Both the position numbers and the translations under genes were made by a program. A DNA stretch of 64,000 nucleotides from a virus, in the IMG/VR virus record IMGVR_UViG_3300038468_000190, positions 76,125 to 140,124 of that record; one strand, written 5' to 3'. This document shows positions 26,516 through 38,367 of this stretch, in pieces. The notes beneath the pieces were generated by a model. The model did no database searches and was not told the DNA's origin. It was given only the letters and a program-made list of their open reading frames with translations. Position 1 is the first letter of the stretch; the number at the start of each line of letters is the position of its first letter.

Positions 26516-29500
26516 GAGGGGCTCCTTTTGATGGGGATCACGACCCCGAACGACAGGCACCCGAACCGGATGTCGTCGTCGGTCTTGCCCGGCTCGAACG
26601 TCTCGTCCGTACCGAAGATATCTATGATACCAAACCCGCGCGGGATCGAGGAATACCACTCCCCCGGAAAAAGCCAGAGCTCGTGCGTGCCGCCCTCGTC
26701 CACGTCTTCGTAGCGGGCTCCGCGGCGGCGTGCGCCGGGGCCCGCGCTTTCCTCGTCGACCTCTCGAAGCGCCGACCAGCATCGGCACCCGCGCTCCTTG
26801 AGCTCTTGCCGTGACGCGGAAGAGAGGGCCTCCCAGTCGTCCGGACTGGACGGCGGCGCGGCAGGCCCGGGCTCGCCCGCGGGCCGCGTAAACTGCGGCG
26901 TCGTGACGATGACCTCGTCGTCGTCTTTCGCGCCGATGGCGTCCCGCACGGCGTCCGCGAAAGGGGCGACGCCCCGCTTTGGAAGTTTGCCGGTTGCCAT
27001 TCAGAGATCTCCTTGGACTAGCCGGTCGCGAAAGCGCCGGCCCATCTCGAAACCGCGGCGCCCGGAGCGCGTGTAGGCAGGCAGGTCACGTCGTCCATCG
27101 AATCCCGCAACGAAGGCTCGGACGAAGATGGGGCCGATGTGGCTCTCCGCCATAGTAACGGGCCCGAACGAGGCTCCGATTGCTTGTGAGCAGCCAAACA
27201 GGGCTCCGATAGGACAGCACTCTCGCGACTCCTCCGAGAACGTGACTCCTGGCCGGATGGTCCAGCCGGCCCTGCGACGATCTGCGCAGGCGACCGCGAT
27301 GGCCTCCTCGAGCTCGCTGAGGGCCTCGGGCGACAGCTTGTCCTCGGTATTCTCGTCAGGTCTCATGGCCACCAGGGCTCCTTGACCCAGGCAAGGAAGG
27401 CCGCGCGGTGCGCGGAGTCCCACACGCCGAGGGCTTCGTGCATGTCGAACTTCTGCCCGTTCTCGTAGGGGTTCCAGACGGAGACGAGAAACCGGAGGCT
27501 GCAGAGGGCGCCGTGACCGAAGCCGCCGCGCCTGATAGCGCGGAGGAGCGGCCGGGCGTCCGTCCAGGGGCAGACGAGCGAACGGGCGCACTTGTCGACC
27601 TCTGGAAACGAGAGCGCGAGGGCGGTCATGCGTTCGTGAGGGGTCATGGTCACGTCCAGAAGAGGTGCGTCCCGCCGACCGCGGCGATGCGATCCATGAT
27701 CGCGGCCACGCGTACGGCGTCGGCAGCCACGCCCGTGTACGGGGCGTCATCGCGCTCGCGGATGAGCCGCTCGAGCTCGGCGTCGTAGCCGGGCACCACG
27801 AACGCGCACGAGAAGTTTCGGACGAGCGAGCCGTCCCACTTCCACATGTAGGGCTTCGCGCCGTGACGGTCGGCTCCGTAGAGATTGATGCTCCCGAGCC
27901 AGCATTCGCCGTGGTCTTCGGCCATCGCCTCGATGACTCGACGGCACGAGTCGTTCAGGTCGGTGTCGGCCTCGACGGGCCAGCCGTCACCCTCGCGTAC
28001 GCTCTTCACGAACGCGACCGTGTGCTCGGCGCGGGCCTCTTGGGTCTTGGTCATGGGTCTCCTATGTGCGCCTCCGCGAAGTCGATTGCGAGGGTGTTCG
28101 TTTGATCCAGAGAGCCCGGTCTCGGTTGCGGCGCCGGACGCGGGTCTCGAGCCTTTTGCACGCGACCCCAAGATCGCTCACGAACTCGTCGTCGAAGATC
28201 TCGGGTTCCCGCTGCAAGTCGTCCACGAATGCGTCTCCCATGGGACTACCAAGGACCCACAGGATGTGGGAGAGGGCCCGCGCACGCGTCATCAGAAAAC
28301 TACCTCGCCGCAGTGCGCGCAGGTGCCCCTGCGGACGAGAGTCCCGACGCGCATGACGAGCGGCACGTCGTGCCGGCCGCGCGCGCACCAGACGTCGGCC
28401 CAGTGCGTGGCGCGCGGACACGTGGAGTCGATCTTGTGGCGCGCGCCGATGCGGCAGGCGAGACATTCTCCGCGCGCCGCGGCCCGGAGCTCTTCCTCGA
28501 TGTCGATGCGCAGGGCGCGGTCTAAGTCGAGCTTCATTCAAGAACCCTCCCGAAGTCGACCCGAAGATACCGACGGGCATCTTCCAGCGTCACGTCGAAA
28601 AAGAAGTGATGGTTCCACTTACCGGAGTAAGGATTCAAATGGAGGACGCCAAGCGTCTTGGCTGCCTCCACGTCCTCGAATCGGGTGAACACGGAGGCCC
28701 CCGCTCCGGCGATGTTGGGTCGGACGGAGATCCATAGGTCCCCCGCCCTGGTCCGGAGCTTGTACGGGTACATGCGCCCCACGGTCTTCTCGGCTCCGAG
28801 ACTCTCGACGAACTTCACGAGCTCCGCTGCATAGCCAGCGTTGGCCAGCTCCCAGTTCTTTTTGCGCCGAGGAGCCCGGCGTTCGGGTTTGGTCATGGGG
28901 TCAGACCTCCTCGATATCGAGCGTCGACAGGATGTCCGAGCGCAGCGACCACGCCTCGTCGCCGCCATCCTCGTAGAGCCGACGGAGAAGGACGTGGAGC
29001 TCGTCCGGGTGCACGCGGACCTCGCCCGTCGTGTGGTCGGCGCTTGAGCGCTCGGTCAGCGCTTCCAGGTGCGAGTCGATGCCCTGATTCCAGGCCGCCG
29101 CGATAGCGCGCCACTCGTCTTTGCAGCGGATCGTCATCGGGTATCCGTCCGGACACTGGTCGGCACAGGCCTTTTTGATGACCTCGTCTGGGCAGGTTCC
29201 GAAGCTGTAGCGGCTCATGATTGCCTCGCTGGAAAGCCGTGGAGCTTGAGCACGAGATCCTTTGCGGGATCGGCCGGCTCCGCTCCGGACTGGTAGCGGA
29301 AGAGTGCGGCGTTGAGGTCGCCGTGCATGTACTCGCGCGCGGTCGTCCCGATCTTGTTCACTGGACGCTCGAGAGCCGCCTCGTGTGCCGCGGCGTCGGC
29401 GATCATCGCTTCCGCCGCGCGTCGAGCCTTCGCTCGGACGCGTTCGGGGTAGCTCTCGCCGCTGAATGACTCGAGCGGCGCACAGGCGCCGTAGCCGACC

Positions 29501-32500
29501 AAGGCCTCGACTTTGACGAGGTCGCTTGGTGGGCCATGCTCGATCTCGTCGTAGCCGACGGAGTCGAGCGCGCGCCGGATCTGTTCGTCCGAGAGCTCGG
29601 ACAGGTTCACCGAGCACGTCTCGGCGTAGTACTCCGCCCAGCCGTCCCGCCGACAGGCGCCCTCGCCGCAGGCGTCGAACATGTTCGTGAAGCGGATCAC
29701 GAACCACGTCCCGTCCGGCGCCTGGCGCGTCCACAGGCCGTGGTAGCCCGCCCAGTCGACGTCGGAGCCGATGTCCGTCCAGCCTTTCATGGTTGTCCTT
29801 GTGGTGCGACGCGGATCTCCTCGAGCGTCGCCAGCGTGCGCGACAGGGACGCGTTCAGGTCGTCGAGCGCTTCGTCTTCGAGCTCGGTGCGGAGGTCAGC
29901 CCAGATGGCTTTCTCGGATTCGTAAGAGCAGCCGCCGAGGGATGCGGTGCCACGAAAGCCTTTCCAGGCCGCCGTCACGAGCACGCTGCCCCAGGCGGCA
30001 TAGTTTCCGTGGGCGAGCTCGCGCCGGATCCAGGCGTAGCATTCTTGGTCGACTGAGTCGTCGCCACTCGCCATGGCGTTGCCTTCGATGGGCAGGTCGT
30101 CCACCTCGAGCGTATACGTAAACTCGACCTCGTCGAGTCGCGTGAGCTTGCGAAGCGTCATGACACACCTTCGCCGGCAAGCGTGAAGTCGACGTGTCCG
30201 CGCGCGAGCAAGGTCTCCACAGGGTCTTCCACTTGGTAGTTTGGAAACCACCAGATACGGCCGCGCACCGTCGGTGCGCCAGCGTCCGAGAACGTGAGGT
30301 CATCGGTGACGATGGGCGCTGAGGTCAGGGCCCCGATCCATTCGGGAGCCACGTAGCTCCACCCGATGCCAAAGTAGCCGTCGAGCAGTCCGCTCCAACG
30401 GTCGCCACGCATGGCTTGCAGATCCTCCAAGTCGTCGTTCGGGCCGATGGAGAACCGTAGGTTCCCGTTTGGGAGCACGTCGAGCGTCATGACACACCTT
30501 CTCCGTTCGGGCATCCGGGCATGCCGCAATTGCACCCGGCGTCGCTCCGCGGCGCGGGAATGTTGAGAGCGTTCCTGAGAACCTGGGTCTCTGCGGCCGT
30601 TAGCAGGAAGTAGCGGACGGCGTCGTGGAACGCATCGATGTAGGGGCGACGCTCCGGGCCGCGCTCTCGGTCCTCCCAGTAGTGGACGAACGCGAGCGCC
30701 GCCTTGATCTTCTTCGGGTTCATGGAGCCGCCTTACGCCGCACCATCAATGCCCGCCGAGTCGGTTTCAGATACATGGACATGAGGTTCGCGACCGTATC
30801 CTCGTCTTGCCGACTGAGCCGCTCCCTGTACTTCCGAATTGCCTCATCATAGGCCTTGCGGCGGGCGCCGCGCACCCCGTCGCCCACAAGGGCGACCTCG
30901 CGCTGGAGCGCAAACTCAGTGGCCTCAAAAACGGCGCGGTTCAATGGGCCCTCTCGCCGCTCATGGCGAGACCCCTTCCGCTCCCGGGCAGAGCTCGAAC
31001 CTGTAGCGCCAGTTTGCGAAGGCCTGGCCGTTCGAGAAATACCACGTGAAGCGATGCCCGTATTCGCCGGGCGCGCAGTTCAGGTTGAGGCCCTCGACCC
31101 GCTTGTTGTCAAACCGAGTGACGGCCCAGTCCGGCCCCCACAGCAAGGGGCCGACCTTGACGCCTCCCACCATGTGGGAGTCGAAGTGTCCGCCGAGGGC
31201 CATTACGCCTAGCTGAAGACTCGTACCGACGGTTCTACGCTCGGGGATGTTCATGTTCAGCCTTCTTGGCTTCGTCGATCGGCGTGTGCAGCGCCGCGTC
31301 GAAGACTTCTGCGATGTAGTCCTTGATCTCGTTGCGGTTCCGCCCCCCGATCGTGAGCCGGAACCCGAACGCGAGCGACGGGCGCACCACCACGCGGTGC
31401 GTGGTCCAGCCGTCGTAGAAGCCGTGTTCGTTCATGTGATGAAAGTCGACGTCGAACACGAGGCTTTCCCCGGTGCTCTTGATGTCGTCGAGCTTGGTGC
31501 CGTTGTCGAAGCCGGAACCGCTCGGAAGGTAGCGCTTGACGAGCTCGGCCGCGCGCGCCTCGTGATATCGATCGTGCCACTCGTCGTTGCCGCTGCGACG
31601 GCAGTTGTCCCGCGCGATGAGGATAGACGCCAGTACTTGGTACAGGGGTTTCGGGGTCACGTCAGTAGCCTCCTCTGAAGTGCTTGAGCCGGTACTCGTG
31701 AAACGGTCGCAAGTGTTCGCGTGCCCACTCGCGGGCGAGCCGTCGAGTTTTGAACGCTCCTCGACTGAGGACAGAGAAGGGTCCCGTTCGCTCCGTCGGA
31801 TGCCAGGGGGTCGGCAGATCCGACCACGGGAGAAGGATCGTGAAGTAGCCCCGGTTCGCCTTACGGCGCAGGCGCGCGAGCTTGCGCCGCGTGACTTTGT
31901 AGGTTCGATTGGGCATCGGCTAGTAGCGGATGACGCTCCCCCGTTCGAGTTTCTTGATCTCCGCCGGGCGAAGTTTGCGACACGGTGTGCCGCCTTGTCG
32001 TCGGGGCCCCACGTGCTTGGTGCAGTAGGCGAACCCCCGGTTGTCGACGTGCGACACGGGATCCCTACACGAGAGATCCATGTCGCACTGTAGTTTGCGG
32101 GCGGTCATGCGAGACCCCCGGCGAACGGTTCGAAAGCCCACTGCCCGGACCCCTGCAGCGTCGGCGCGTGCTTACAGTGGCCATGGTGTACTTGTCCCAT
32201 GCTGGCGAGGTGCGCCGCGCAGATCGGGAACCGGCGAGTTTCGCCGTGGAGAGTGAACGCGGCGACTCCGATCGCTTCGTTCTGGTCGGGTGTGGGGCGA
32301 CCGTTGCAGTCGATCCACTGGATCTGACACGTAGGGCGTTCGGGAGCGTTCACGCGGCCGCCTTTCCGCTGCGAAGAGTGTACTCCCCGACGAACGGCGT
32401 GCCCGGCTGGCGCTGGACGCCCACGTTGACCCCGCCCCGCGGCTGGCCAGCGGCGCGGCGCACTACGGCGCGGCCGAGCACCGCATACACGGCGCCGTCG

Positions 32501-32841
32501 CCCGGGCGTTCTGCGACGCCGCGGAGGTACTCGCGAGCGCGCTCGCGTTCGGACGGAGCGGCGACGGGGGCCGCGGCATGCGCCGGGAGCTCCGGACGCT
32601 TGGCGAGCGCGCGATCGATCGCGCCTTGTAGGTCCCGGACGTGCGCCGGGCCGACCCGGACGACGCCACCTAGCTCGGCTGCGAGACTCGTCGCGGCGCG
32701 CGCCGTCACTGCGAGCACGATCGCGATGCGCCGGTCGCCCGCGGAGTCGTTTACGGTCGCGCTCCAGGCCGCGATCTGCCGCCCGTTCTCGAGGGCTACG
32801 CGGATCGCCCGCGCTTGCTCTGAATCGAATTTGTTGACCAT
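26512..32841 (-). other. Leftward cluster of ~20 short, translationally coupled phage hypothetical genes
   Basis: Examples: 26512..27000, 27363..27653, 27650..28054, 28292..28537, 28534..28896, 28901..29218, 29215..29790, 29787..30161, 30158..30490, 30487..30723, 30720..30944, 30961..31254, 31235..31660, 31662..31916, 32350..32841. Most have ATGA/GTGA overlaps. Confidence 0.75.
30154..30501. repeat. 19-bp exact direct repeat at both junctions of gene 30158..30490
   Basis: AGCGTCATGACACACCTTC at 30154-30172 and 30483-30501. Confidence 0.85.
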
Positions 32842-32933
32842 TGCCGTTTCCCTTTTTGAGCCCGGCTGCCCGGGTTTTGCGCCCTAGCGGCCGAGGAACG
32901 GCCCCCGCCGGGGTGCTCCGGCTGCCTCGAGAC

Positions 32934-33006
32934 GACGTTACGAATAATCTACCATGCATAACGTCTCACTGGTAGACGTTACGATAACTGTGCTTATCAT
33001 AACGTC
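32934..33006. promoter_or_regulatory. Two tandem 32-bp inverted-repeat sites; the second is a dif/lox-like 13-6-13 site
   Basis: GACGTTA-N18-TAACGTC at 32934-32965 and 32975-33006. The second reads GACGTTACGATAA-CTGTGC-TTATCATAACGTC. AT-rich island at the strand-switch point. Confidence 0.75.
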
Positions 33007-33389
33007 GGTCCCTGGCGCCGGCGTGCGCCGGGGGCCGTTCCCCGGGCCCGGGGCTGTTCCTGGGCTCCTAGGGCGCAAACGGCGACCGTCGGAAAGGACG
33101 GCCGGCACGCGAAAGGGAAGATGATGACGTTTTCGGATGCGGAATTCGCCGCGTTTCTCCGAGAGGAGCTCCGCGCGTATGAAGAGGGCGAACACATTCC
33201 GCCCTGGCTCTCGCGCGACGAGGCGATCGAGCAGACTGAACGCGAGCTCAAGCGGCTCGCACGGCAGAGCGAACGCTAAGCGGGGGCGCGTTCCGCGCCT
33301 GCTGGGCTCGCAAAGGGAAGATTCGTCTACGTCCGCTGGTGGCGGATACCAAGCTCCCGGACGTAGCGCAGTTTTGAAAGGGAAGAACG

Positions 33390-35712
33390 ATGCGGAAAAC
33401 GTACCCGGAATGGATCTGGCGCACATACGACGTCAGGCCAACGTGGGCCTACGAGGCCACGATAGAGGAGTGGGCGAGCCACGCGTACGCGACGGTCGCC
33501 AGGGGCCTACGGCCCGCGTGGTTTCTGGCAGAGCTCCACTCGCACGCCAACGTCTCGCGGGGGACCCGATGACGCGCACATTCGTTCTCACGAACCGCCA
33601 CGACCAGCGCGGGATCCAGATCGGGATCCGTCCCCTCTGCGTGGTCGCGTTTCACTTCTGGCGCCGCTACCGCGGATCGCTCGGATGGACGCTGACTTTC
33701 GCGTTCGGGCGCGGCGCGGGCTGCCGATGGGGTCGCACGCTGTACTTCTCGCGCGGCGCGAAGGGTGGCCAGCGCTACCTCTACAAGGCCGCGGGCTTTC
33801 GCGCCGGCTTCACCCAGAACGCCAACGAGACCCCCTACTCTTTCGGCTCTTGATCATGTCCGACCTCCTCGACACGTTCGCCCAAGACTTGGCGCACGCC
33901 GCCATGGCGGCGCACTACGGCGAGGCCGACCGGATCGACGATCCGCTGCTTCGCGCCGCGGGCGAGATCTACCTCGCGTTCGAGAGCGGCCACGTAAGCG
34001 CGCCGCACCCGCACGCGTCCAACGGCCGGCTCAGGTTCGCCGTCTATGTGAGGCCCCGATGAGTGAATTCACCGATTCAATCGAGCGCGAGCTTCGCGGC
34101 TGCGAAGCGTTCAGCGTCGGGTCGTGCCCCGGCTGCTCGGAGTGCGGGCTCGGCGAGGATCCCAGCGACACGGATCGCGAGCTCGCCGAGGAGTCACGCT
34201 TCTCCTGGCGCGCATGCGACTCGTGCGGGAGCACGTTCGGGGGCGACCGGCACCCGGCGCACTACCTCGACGACGAGCGCGCGATCGTCCACGTCCACGT
34301 CTGCACCGATTGTCTCTTCTTCCACGCGAACGGCGACGAGCCGGACGACTGGAGCAAGCACCCATGAACAAGGAACTAGAAGCACTTCTTCTGTCCGCCG
34401 CGAAAGCGCTCGACCTCGGCGTCGTCGGCGTAAACCCCGAGCGCGCCTGTGACTGGGGTGTCCCCATGGGGGTCCTGGTACTCGAGGGCCAGACGATCCC
34501 GGGCCACTCGAAGAAAGCCCGCACGGCGGGCTACTACACGCCCTATTCCGCATGGCGTCCCCCGTCCGGCAAGTGCTTGTTCGTGGACCACGTCGAGCAC
34601 GGCGACGGCAAGAGTCACTACCAGATCTTCCTCCTGTCGGAGGACACGACGGGCTACGGGGCGTTCAACGGGCGGCACGACGGGTTCTCCCTGTCGGAGA
34701 TGAAGGCGTACCTCCGCGGCGTCGCCGACGGCGCGGACATGATTCCAAAACCACGAAAGGGACGACGATGACCGGCGCTGAGGTCACGCGCATCGCACAG
34801 AAACTCGTGGCTGACATGGGTTACGAGGCTGCGTTACAGGACGTCCGGCGCCGGATTCGGTACATGCAAGGGGCGCACCCGAGCTACGGCGCATTCTGGG
34901 AGTCTGTTTTGTTAGAGCTCCTGGCGGCCCGCGTTGTCTGCCACGCCATGCGCCACCTGTCCCCGACTCCGGAGCTCAAGGCGAGCGGCCGGTGCCCGAA
35001 ACTCTTCGAACGAAAGGATCTCCCGTGAGCGACGTTCGCATCGAAACAGGCGGACGCCTGTCGTCGATGGTTCTGATTACGCCGGTGTCCTACGTCGGGC
35101 GCCAGTGGATCGACGAAAACCTACAGGTCGAGGGCTGGCAATGGCTCGGCCGGAGCCTCGCCGTCGACAAGCGATACGCTGCGCCCATCGTGGACGGCAT
35201 GATCGGTGACGGGCTAGACGTGGAGGCCTCCTGATGAATCGCCTCATCCTCACCGAAAACGACCTCGCAACGCTCGTCAATGCGCTCCACGAGGCCGCCG
35301 GCCAATGCCGGCTGGACGCTGAGCAATTCCCGGCGCTGCGAAAAGCCTCACTCGAGTCCGCTGAGCAGTACGAGCTCTTGGAAGAGAAGCTCGCCGAGGC
35401 CGACTCCATCATCGTGGAGCGGAGCCCATGAGCGCCGCGGCAACCGTCTGGTGCGCCGACTGTGGCGACGCGTACGACGCGCCGCTCGGCTGCTGCCCAA
35501 ACTGCGAGTGCGTAGAGAGGCTCACCGAGCGCACGAAGATCATCGTCACACTCGAAGTCGCCGGCAGTCCCGACGACGCCATGACGGCGGTCGACCAGGC
35601 CCTGGACGAGGGCGTACTGCAAGACTTTCTGAATCAGCACGACATCGAAGACGTCGGTCCCGTGCACGTGCTCACCGCGGTCGCCCGCTTCGACGGATCG
35701 GAGAACACATGA
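33390..35712 (+). other. Rightward cluster of short coupled phage hypothetical genes
   Basis: 33390..33572, 33569..33853, 33856..34062, 34059..34367 (Cys-rich), 34364..34771, 34768..35028, 35025..35234, 35234..35431, 35428..35712. Confidence 0.7.
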
Positions 35713-37250
35713 CACCCAGCCAGAAAACGAACGTCGACATTTCGGCCTTGCTCCGCGCGCGAAACACGCTTGTCTGGATCACGTCGCGGGAGGAGGTGCG
35801 CGTCGAGCGCGCCATCATCGAGGCGGCCGGCGCGGCGAAGTTCGAGACGCGGTTTTGGGACTGCGCGACGGGTCTCACGGCTTCGGACGGCAAGGTCCTC
35901 GCCAACATCCCGAACGCCTACTCCGTGCTCGAGAGGATCCGCGACGACAAGGCGCGCATGCTCTACGTCCTCCGCGACATCCCGGCGTGGTTCGATCCGC
36001 AGGTCGTCCGGATGCTCCGCTCGCTCGCCAGGAGCCTCCCCGGCGCGCCGAGGGACGAAGCGCGGGCCATCATCATCCTCACGCCGCGCGGCGAGGTACC
36101 GCCCGAGCTCGCCGGCCATGCGACGGTCATCGACTATCCGCTGCCTGCCCGCGACGAGATCGCCGAGGTGCTCGAGACGGCGCTCGGGGGATTGCCGGAC
36201 GAATTCCGAGCCGCCGCGACCCCCACGAACGGCCTCCGAGAGCAAGCGATCGACGCCGCCGTCGGCCTCACCGCCGAGGAGGCCAGTAACTGCTACGCGA
36301 AGAGCCTCGTCACGACGAAGCGGATCGATCCCGCGCAAGTCTCCTCGGAGAAGCGCCGGGTCATCGCTCGAGAGAAAGTCCTCACCTGGTACGATCCGGA
36401 GCCCCGCGGGCTCGACGCGGTCGGCGGCCTCGAGCTTTTGAAGGACTGGCTCAAGGCGCGCCGCTCGGCGTTCTCGCAAAAGGCGAGAGACTTCGGCCTG
36501 CCCGAGCCGAAGGGGTGCCTGCTCGTGGGCGTCCCCGGCGGTGGGAAGAGCCTCACGGCCAAAGCCATCGCGACCGCGTGGGGCATGCCACTCCTGCGCT
36601 TGGACCTCGGCGCGCTACGGTCGAAGTACGTGGGCGAGAGCGAGGGCAACATCCGAAAGGCCCTGGCGGTCGCCGAGACCGTGGCGCCGTGCGTGCTCTG
36701 GCTCGACGAGATCGAAAAGGCCCTGGCGGGCGCGACGGGCGCTCAGGGCGACGGCGGCGTCTCAGCGGACGCGCTCGGCGCGGTGCTCTCCTGGATGCAG
36801 GAGCGCCAGGCGCCGGTGTTCGTGGTGGCGACCGCGAACAAGGTGAGTGACCTCCCGCCGGAGCTTCTCCGGAAGGGCCGTTTCGACGAGCTCTTTTTCG
36901 TGGACCTACCGACCCCAGCCGAACGCAAGGCAATCCTCCGGACGACCCTCGCGGCCTTCAAGCGGAGCCCGGACGGCATCGACGAGGACGCCGTCGCGCG
37001 GGCGACGCAGAGCTTCACCGGCGCCGAGATCGCGGCCATCGTGCCCGAGGCGATGTTCGTGGCGTTCGGGGAGGGGGAGCGCGCGATCCAGACCGAAGAT
37101 CTCCTCGCCGCCGCAGCGCGCGTCGTGCCGCTCGCCGAGACCGCAAAGGAACAACTCGCCGAGCTCCGCGCCTGGGCCAAGGGCAAGGCGCGGCCCGCCG
37201 CGACGCCCGTCGCCGAAGCGCCTCGTAAGCCACGGGAGCTCGACCTCTGA
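35709..37250 (+). CDS. AAA+ ATPase, Ycf46-like
   Basis: Walker A 'GVPGGGKS', Walker B 'VLWLDEIEK', 'VVATAN', SRH 'LPPELLRKGRFDELFFVDLP'; N-terminal 'WITSREEVRVE'. Confidence 0.9.
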   Translation: MTPSQKTNVDISALLRARNTLVWITSREEVRVERAIIEAAGAAKFETRFWDCATGLTASDGKVLANIPNAYSVLERIRDDKARMLYVLRDIPAWFDPQVVRMLRSLARSLPGAPRDEARAIIILTPRGEVPPELAGHATVIDYPLPARDEIAEVLETALGGLPDEFRAAATPTNGLREQAIDAAVGLTAEEASNCYAKSLVTTKRIDPAQVSSEKRRVIAREKVLTWYDPEPRGLDAVGGLELLKDWLKARRSAFSQKARDFGLPEPKGCLLVGVPGGGKSLTAKAIATAWGMPLLRLDLGALRSKYVGESEGNIRKALAVAETVAPCVLWLDEIEKALAGATGAQGDGGVSADALGAVLSWMQERQAPVFVVATANKVSDLPPELLRKGRFDELFFVDLPTPAERKAILRTTLAAFKRSPDGIDEDAVARATQSFTGAEIAAIVPEAMFVAFGEGERAIQTEDLLAAAARVVPLAETAKEQLAELRAWAKGKARPAATPVAEAPRKPRELDL

Positions 37251-37281
37251 GCTCCGCAGAACAACAAGGGAAGAACCGACC

Positions 37282-38028
37282 ATGACCACGACATCGCTCC
37301 TCAAACCAGGGTTTCTCGTCAGTCTGAAGACGTCGCTACAGGGCGGCGTCTCCTACCATCGGGTCGACCTCGACGCCGACCGGCCCGAGGGCGACCCCGC
37401 GGCCATCGCGCGCTGGGAGACCACGCGCCGCATCGACGACCCCGACGAGCACAAGCGCGCGACCAAGGCGCGGAGCGCCGCGAGCTCGCTCATTCGAGCG
37501 GTCTGCACGCATACGGCGTTCGGGCTCTTGTGCCCGGAGTCCAAAGCGGCCGAGCTCGACGAGGCGATCCAGGGCGCGCAAGCGCTCATCGACGCTCACA
37601 ACCAGGCGGCGCACTCGACCCACGTCCGGGTCTACGTGCTCCGCGGCCGCATCGCCTCGACCGACGAGGAGGCCGTCAGGGCCCTGTCGAGCGAGGTCCG
37701 AGAGGTGCTCGAGGAGATGCAGGCCGGCATCCGTCGGGTCGACGTCACGGCGATTCGAGAGGCGGCCACTCGAGCCCGAAAGCTCGGCGCGATTCTCGAC
37801 GCCGACCAGGCCGCCAAGGTGAACCGCGCCGTCGAGGCGGCGAGAGACGCCGCCAAGCAGATCGTCAAGCGCATCGACGTCGAGGGCGCGGAGGCCGTGC
37901 GCGCCGTGGCCGAGGGCATGAGCGGGCCGATCGAGCAGGCGCGGTTTTCGTTCCTCGAGATCGAGGAGAGCATCGCCACGCCCGTCCACGTGCCGGCCCA
38001 AGCGGCCCGTGATCTCGAGGTGCAGTGA
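37282..38028 (+). CDS. Helical hypothetical protein linked to the AAA ATPase (DUF3150-like)
   Basis: 248 aa directly downstream of the ATPase. Confidence 0.6.
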   Translation: MTTTSLLKPGFLVSLKTSLQGGVSYHRVDLDADRPEGDPAAIARWETTRRIDDPDEHKRATKARSAASSLIRAVCTHTAFGLLCPESKAAELDEAIQGAQALIDAHNQAAHSTHVRVYVLRGRIASTDEEAVRALSSEVREVLEEMQAGIRRVDVTAIREAATRARKLGAILDADQAAKVNRAVEAARDAAKQIVKRIDVEGAEAVRAVAEGMSGPIEQARFSFLEIEESIATPVHVPAQAARDLEVQ

Positions 38029-38031
38029 GCC

Positions 38032-38367
38032 ATGCCCTGCGACACGGTACGTCTCTCGCCCGGCCAGACCCTGGCCGAGCGGATGGCCCAAGTGAAGGCG
38101 GCCCTTCAGCGTCTCGAGCAGAAACTCCAGAGCGGCGCCGTGCGCCTCGGCATCGGCCCGAACGGCGCCGTGGTCTTCCAGGGCTGGGCGGACAGGGACG
38201 GCGTGACCGACGTCTGCGCGTACCGCTCGCTCGCCGCGGAAAACTCCTGGGCGCTTCGCCAGGCCGTCGCTCGCGCCGAGCAATTCAGCGGGCGCAAGGT
38301 CAACGTGAACGCCGTCGCCGCGGGCGTGCACTCGCACGACGGCGGCCGGTCATGGGACAAGCACTGA
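38032..38367 (+). CDS. Hypothetical protein (AAA module)
   Basis: 111 aa, 'MPCDT...RDGVTDVCAYR...GVHSHDGG'. Confidence 0.65.
   Translation: MPCDTVRLSPGQTLAERMAQVKAALQRLEQKLQSGAVRLGIGPNGAVVFQGWADRDGVTDVCAYRSLAAENSWALRQAVARAEQFSGRKVNVNAVAAGVHSHDGGRSWDKH

Noticed and set aside
32934-33006. Protelomerase target (tel) site
   Set aside because: The arms are separated by an asymmetric spacer rather than forming a long perfect palindrome.
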